This document shows positions 59,977-64,000 of a DNA stretch of 64,000 nucleotides, one piece after another (positions within the stretch are counted from its first letter, which is position 1; every line of letters begins with the position of its first letter). A program made the translations under genes and the position numbers. The DNA comes from a virus. Below the pieces are notes generated by a model. That model worked only from the letters and a program-made list of their open reading frames with translations. It made no database searches and was not told the DNA's origin. The stretch lies in IMG/VR virus record IMGVR_UViG_3300025664_000001, positions 6,652 through 70,651 of that record. One strand, given 5' to 3'.

Positions 59977-60412
59977 TGCGGGTTCCTTTCTTCGCGATGA
60001 TGGCACCATTGGCCAAGAGCAGGGTGATCAGTTCTGCCGCCACTTCAGAGACAGAGCGACCGGACAGGCTCGCCATAGTGCGGAGCTTGAGCCGGTCTTC
60101 GTTGGGAATCTTCAACTCTGCGAACAGACGGTTAAGCCTGTACTCCACATCGCCGTCCGACTCAAGGGGGACGATGGCGAATTCGTAGCCGAGCGCGCCG
60201 AGCACCGCCTTCAGGTTCGGGAAGCTCGGGGACGAGCCGTCGAACCAGCTAACGATAGTCGGCCGGCTGACTCCGCTGGAAGTGCCGATGGCGTTCGGGG
60301 TGACGTGCTGAAGCATCAACTCTTCGGCGAGCCAACGAACCTCGGGCTCGACCGCACGGTTGATCGGCCGCGTGGGCTTTAGCTTCTGCTCTTCCGTCTT
60401 CGCCTTGGTCAT
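59951..60412 (-). CDS. XRE-family HTH regulator with C-terminal ribbon-helix-helix-like region
   Basis: SGVSRPTIVSW..G..P....L..VL.ALG; L...A...GRSVS. Confidence 0.65.
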   Translation of the reverse strand: MTKAKTEEQKLKPTRPINRAVEPEVRWLAEELMLQHVTPNAIGTSSGVSRPTIVSWFDGSSPSFPNLKAVLGALGYEFAIVPLESDGDVEYRLNRLFAELKIPNEDRLKLRTMASLSGRSVSEVAAELITLLLANGAIIAKKGTRNGKKRPRR

Positions 60413-61218
60413 GCCAACCCCCTGCGCTTCAGTTCCTTGCCCACGGTGTAGGCCACGTCCACATCTTCGATGCCGTCGCGCATGAGATAGTTGAGATAGC
60501 CCGTCGGCACTTCGGTCCAGAGCAGCCCCACCGACCCCTTCACCTTACGGTCAGGACCATGCTTGCCGAACGTGATCCGTTGCTGGAGCATCGGCCGCAT
60601 GGTGCCAGCGAGCAGCCGACCCGGCGAGCGCCCGGTGCGTAAGGCGGCAAGCAGAATCTCCGCGGTGACGAGCGCGTCGTAGAGAGCACGGTGCGGCGAC
60701 ATGCCGTGCGGCAGGCTCGGGTGCAGATCGAGCCAGTAGCGCAGCACTTGGTTGCCGTAGGCCGGGGCCTCGGGCCAGATACGCTTCGCCATTTTCCACG
60801 TACACAGCCACGGGCATTTAAGCTCGGGCAGGAACGGCGAGTCGAACTCGGCATAATGCGCAACGCCCATGAAGAGACCGTTCGTTGTGTCGTCAGCGAG
60901 CACGTACTGGAGCGCTTCAGCGCGCGTCGGGGCATCGGCAAGCTCAGCGTCGGTGAGATGGTGCGCGGCCCGGGCCTGCGGGCTGATGGCTACGTTGCCC
61001 GGGTTTACGAGAGTCGAGCGTTGTCCAGTGATGCTTTGCGTTGCAAGGTCAACGTAAACCGCGGCGACTTCGACAACGGTGTCGGACGCCGGGTCGATGC
61101 CAGTGGTCTCGGTGTCGAACACAATCGCCCTTGTCGCGTCTCCGCCGTCGATTGCTTCGTACGCAGGATTAGCCCCAGCGGGGCCAATCTCGCGTACAGA
61201 CTCATCGGGGCTATTCAT
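60409..61218 (-). CDS. DEDDh exonuclease (ExoX-like)
   Basis: FDTETTG, AHYA.FD, HRALYD; C-terminal FGKH..W.EVP.GYL. Confidence 0.9.
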   Translation of the reverse strand: MNSPDESVREIGPAGANPAYEAIDGGDATRAIVFDTETTGIDPASDTVVEVAAVYVDLATQSITGQRSTLVNPGNVAISPQARAAHHLTDAELADAPTRAEALQYVLADDTTNGLFMGVAHYAEFDSPFLPELKCPWLCTWKMAKRIWPEAPAYGNQVLRYWLDLHPSLPHGMSPHRALYDALVTAEILLAALRTGRSPGRLLAGTMRPMLQQRITFGKHGPDRKVKGSVGLLWTEVPTGYLNYLMRDGIEDVDVAYTVGKELKRRGLA

Positions 61219-62497
61219 CGCTGCCCGGGGCAGGGAACGAAACCCAAGGTTCGGCGTTAAGCAAGGTACGCTTCTGACCGACGCCTATGTTCCAATAGGA
61301 GGAAATGCCACGCCACGGATGAAGGAAGAAGAGCGGCTGAGACGGAGGAGTCGGCGCCGCGCGCAGCACTTTCATGGCATACTCGTTGAAGCCGATCAGG
61401 CAGTTCGACACGATGGCCCGCGGGAGCTTAAGCTCCTGATGCCAGTGCCCCATGATCAGCAAGTCGTAGTCCTTGCCCATGGTGGCCGACTGGTTCCGGG
61501 TCTTGATTTCGCCGCGCAAGATCGGGCCGATAGCCCCGATGATGCCGTCACCGCCCTTGACCCCGAGCATGTCGCCATGGACCGCAAGGATGCGCTTGCC
61601 CCAGACGCGATAGTGCGCGTCGTTCGACGCCGGCACAGAGAACGTGACCCGCTTGTCGTTCTTGAAGTCGCGCTTCAAGAGCTTGTAGATAAGCCAGTCG
61701 GCGTTCTTGTAGATGTAGCGCTTGAACTCCGGCTTCATGGTCATCCGACCGTGGTTGCCGCATACACAGGGGACGTAAACGAAGCCGAACTCGTCGGCCA
61801 GCGTTCGGATAACTTCGGACAGAAGCTCCAGCGCCTTGAGCACGGACGGGAGGATTTCCAGTTCGTCCGTCTTCAGCAACTCCGGATGCAGACCGCCGCT
61901 GACAAAGTCCCCAAGCAGGTTGAGCACTATGCCGGGGTAGAGACCCGGGCCATGATTGCGGCATAGATGCAGAGCAGCCGCGAGAACTTCCTTGACGCGC
62001 GCTTCGGCGATGGCGACGTTGTACACGTTGTAGTCGCCAGTCTCCGCCAGAGAAACGACTTCGCCAAGGTGCCAGTCCGCGAGGGACAGGACGGGGACTT
62101 CCGGCGTGCCGCCGCCGCTCTTCTTGGCGGGAGTCTCGATCAGCCACTTCGGCGACGGGACTTGCGTGTCGGCGGTGGACTGGAGAATTTCCGTCATGGC
62201 GTCGTCGTCAAGACGCTCACGATGCAGCTTCTTGATTTCGGCGTGAAGCCGGCTGATCTGCGCAGCGGCGTCGAGACGCTTGGCGGTCCCCTCGCTCGCG
62301 TCAAGCTGCGCGGTATGACCCGTGACGTTGACGGTGCGAGCGATCTTGTACTTGGTGATGATGCGCTTCACCTGATTGCGCGAGAGCCCATGCCGGTCGG
62401 CGATGACCTCCTGCGATTCCCCCGTGTTCATAAGCTCGTCTTTGATCTGTGCCACTACGGCGTCAGGGATCGAAGGCCATTTCGAATTCGCGGTCAT
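61211..62497 (-). CDS. HTH plus calcineurin-like metallophosphoesterase
   Basis: DWH, GD, GNHGR, HGD, GHWH; N-terminal HTH (IADRHGLSRNQV). Confidence 0.85.
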   Translation of the reverse strand: MTANSKWPSIPDAVVAQIKDELMNTGESQEVIADRHGLSRNQVKRIITKYKIARTVNVTGHTAQLDASEGTAKRLDAAAQISRLHAEIKKLHRERLDDDAMTEILQSTADTQVPSPKWLIETPAKKSGGGTPEVPVLSLADWHLGEVVSLAETGDYNVYNVAIAEARVKEVLAAALHLCRNHGPGLYPGIVLNLLGDFVSGGLHPELLKTDELEILPSVLKALELLSEVIRTLADEFGFVYVPCVCGNHGRMTMKPEFKRYIYKNADWLIYKLLKRDFKNDKRVTFSVPASNDAHYRVWGKRILAVHGDMLGVKGGDGIIGAIGPILRGEIKTRNQSATMGKDYDLLIMGHWHQELKLPRAIVSNCLIGFNEYAMKVLRAAPTPPSQPLFFLHPWRGISSYWNIGVGQKRTLLNAEPWVSFPAPGSDE

Positions 62498-62511
62498 GCT
62501 CGGCTCTCCTG

Positions 62512-64000
62512 TTAGAACGGAATTTCGGTATCGTCGTCGGTCGTCTCGACCGGAGCTTCTAGCTCTGCAATTTCAATGACCTTGTGCGGCTCTCCCGCCA
62601 TGGCGTTCGCGAACGCCTGTCGGCTCGCTTCAAGGTGCGGCATCAGGTATCCCCACACCCGTTTCCGGCTGACGAGGAAACTAATCGGGTCGCGCACTTC
62701 CGACCACGTCTGCCGGTGAATCAGTTCACCTGCCGGCTCAAGCATTTGCTTCAGCTTCGCGACCATGTGCTCACGCGACATGACCCAGCGCTCATTCCAC
62801 AATTTCGACCGGGTCACGTAGGCTTGGTAGATTGACTCAGTCGGTATCGGCTCCTTCGTTTCCCACTCCCCGGAGCCCGGGATAAGCTCTCCGGCGTCGA
62901 GCGCTTCCTTGAGGAAGCGCATGATCGGCGTCAGGCTCAGTTGCTTTTGATCCTGTCGGGCCTGCGTGTCGGGCAGCTTCAATAGGTCCACGGTGCTCAG
63001 ATCAAAGTTGAGCATCGAATGAAGCAGGCCGGCATAGCCGCCGTTCTGAAGCTGATCTTCGATGCCCTTGAAGTAAGCGTGATCCTGCTTGTGCGCATCG
63101 CTGATATCCCAGACGGCGAAACGGCGGTCGTTGAACGATGCCGGGATGATCCATTCCTTGTCCGACGTGACGAGTAACCGTATGAAGCTATCAACGAAGA
63201 TCACGTCCTTGCCCTTGAACTCCAGTCGCGTCGTGTCGCCCGTGACCAAATCTTTAAGCTCGCCGATCTGGCGAGGGTCGGCGGCCCAGAAGGCTTCGTC
63301 CGCGTGCATCAGAATACACGCCGCCTTGTGAGCGTTGAAGTTGCCGAGCAAGTGGCGCACGTCAGTCACGAGTACGTAGTGCGGCTTGATCAGCGCCCCG
63401 AAATGTTTCCCCATGATCGTCTTGCCAACGCCTTCCGAGCCACGGAACGCGAGCGACGTGCCGAGCTTGCGCTCGGGGTGCTGGATCATCTGCGCGAACC
63501 ATCCCAGAACCCAGCGGTAGTGTTCCTCGTTTCCTTGCGCGATGTTGTCGCGAATGTGAGCGTCAAGCAGAGACCAGTCACCTTGCTCGTCAGGCTCGAA
63601 GCTGAAACCCTGCCAGATATTGTACGGCACGTGAGTCGTAGAGCGGGGGAGAACCAGCGACTTCGATGCGGGCTTGCTCGACGGCAGGAAGACGATGCTC
63701 TCGTACGTGCGACGCTCTTCATGGCGGAGCCAGTAGCGGTCGAGCGGCACGTCCTCACGCCCGTCAGCGATCATGCGGTTGCAATAGCGCTGTGAGAACG
63801 CGCTCTGCTTCAGGTAACGGAAGCGCGGGTTGCCCTTGTCATCGACGTACTCATTGAGGATGGCCGGCGAGTCGCCGACCGTGATGGTGGCATACGACTC
63901 GTTTATCTCGTCGATGAACTTATCGCCGCTGGCCACGTAGTCGCCGGCATCGTGCGCGATCTTGCGCAGCTTGTCGTAGTCCCATCCGTCGGGCAGCGCG
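62512..64000 (-). CDS. primase-helicase (DUF5906/SF3-like helicase), 5' end outside the window
   Basis: GSEGVGKT, DEA, DRRF; frame open to the window edge with Toprim-like LPDGWD. Confidence 0.85.
   Translation of the reverse strand, partial: ALPDGWDYDKLRKIAHDAGDYVASGDKFIDEINESYATITVGDSPAILNEYVDDKGNPRFRYLKQSAFSQRYCNRMIADGREDVPLDRYWLRHEERRTYESIVFLPSSKPASKSLVLPRSTTHVPYNIWQGFSFEPDEQGDWSLLDAHIRDNIAQGNEEHYRWVLGWFAQMIQHPERKLGTSLAFRGSEGVGKTIMGKHFGALIKPHYVLVTDVRHLLGNFNAHKAACILMHADEAFWAADPRQIGELKDLVTGDTTRLEFKGKDVIFVDSFIRLLVTSDKEWIIPASFNDRRFAVWDISDAHKQDHAYFKGIEDQLQNGGYAGLLHSMLNFDLSTVDLLKLPDTQARQDQKQLSLTPIMRFLKEALDAGELIPGSGEWETKEPIPTESIYQAYVTRSKLWNERWVMSREHMVAKLKQMLEPAGELIHRQTWSEVRDPISFLVSRKRVWGYLMPHLEASRQAFANAMAGEPHKVIEIAELEAPVETTDDDTEIPF

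Noticed and set aside
59951-60412. HTH gene as a lysogeny repressor
   Set aside because: Embedded in the replication operon, with no integrase, att site or divergent cro/cI arrangement in the window

Overview
The window is most of a GC-rich, tailed dsDNA siphophage genome. The GTA-like DUF2460/DUF2163/megatron tail tip and CtrA-like promoter boxes suggest an alphaproteobacterial host. No integrase was seen. Layout: (1) 1-11100, minus-strand early/accessory genes including a SprT-like protease, a HicA-like protein and a GT4 glycosyltransferase; (2) 11100-11750, a non-coding switch region with inverted TGTGCA repeats (origin or packaging site); (3) 11752-50368, plus-strand packaging, head, tail and lysis genes, interrupted by a small inverted early-gene island (27788-29495); (4) 50450-64000, minus-strand replication and nucleotide-metabolism genes (SNF2 helicase, SSB, resolvase, HNH, PolA, DUF5664, ExoX, phosphoesterase, primase-helicase running off the edge). 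The most striking element is a 1260-aa head-module protein (23798-27580). It is a string of enzyme-like domains (HDxxGH domain, ART-like, two GNAT-like, zeta-toxin-like kinase). Each domain starts with the same K-[YF]NxNHDxxGxFS tag, whose DNA is also conserved, and the protein carries an internal copy of the major capsid protein N-terminal motif. I interpret it as a capsid-loaded, protease-processed, recombinable effector cassette array. All product calls come from motif recognition by eye; no searches were run.
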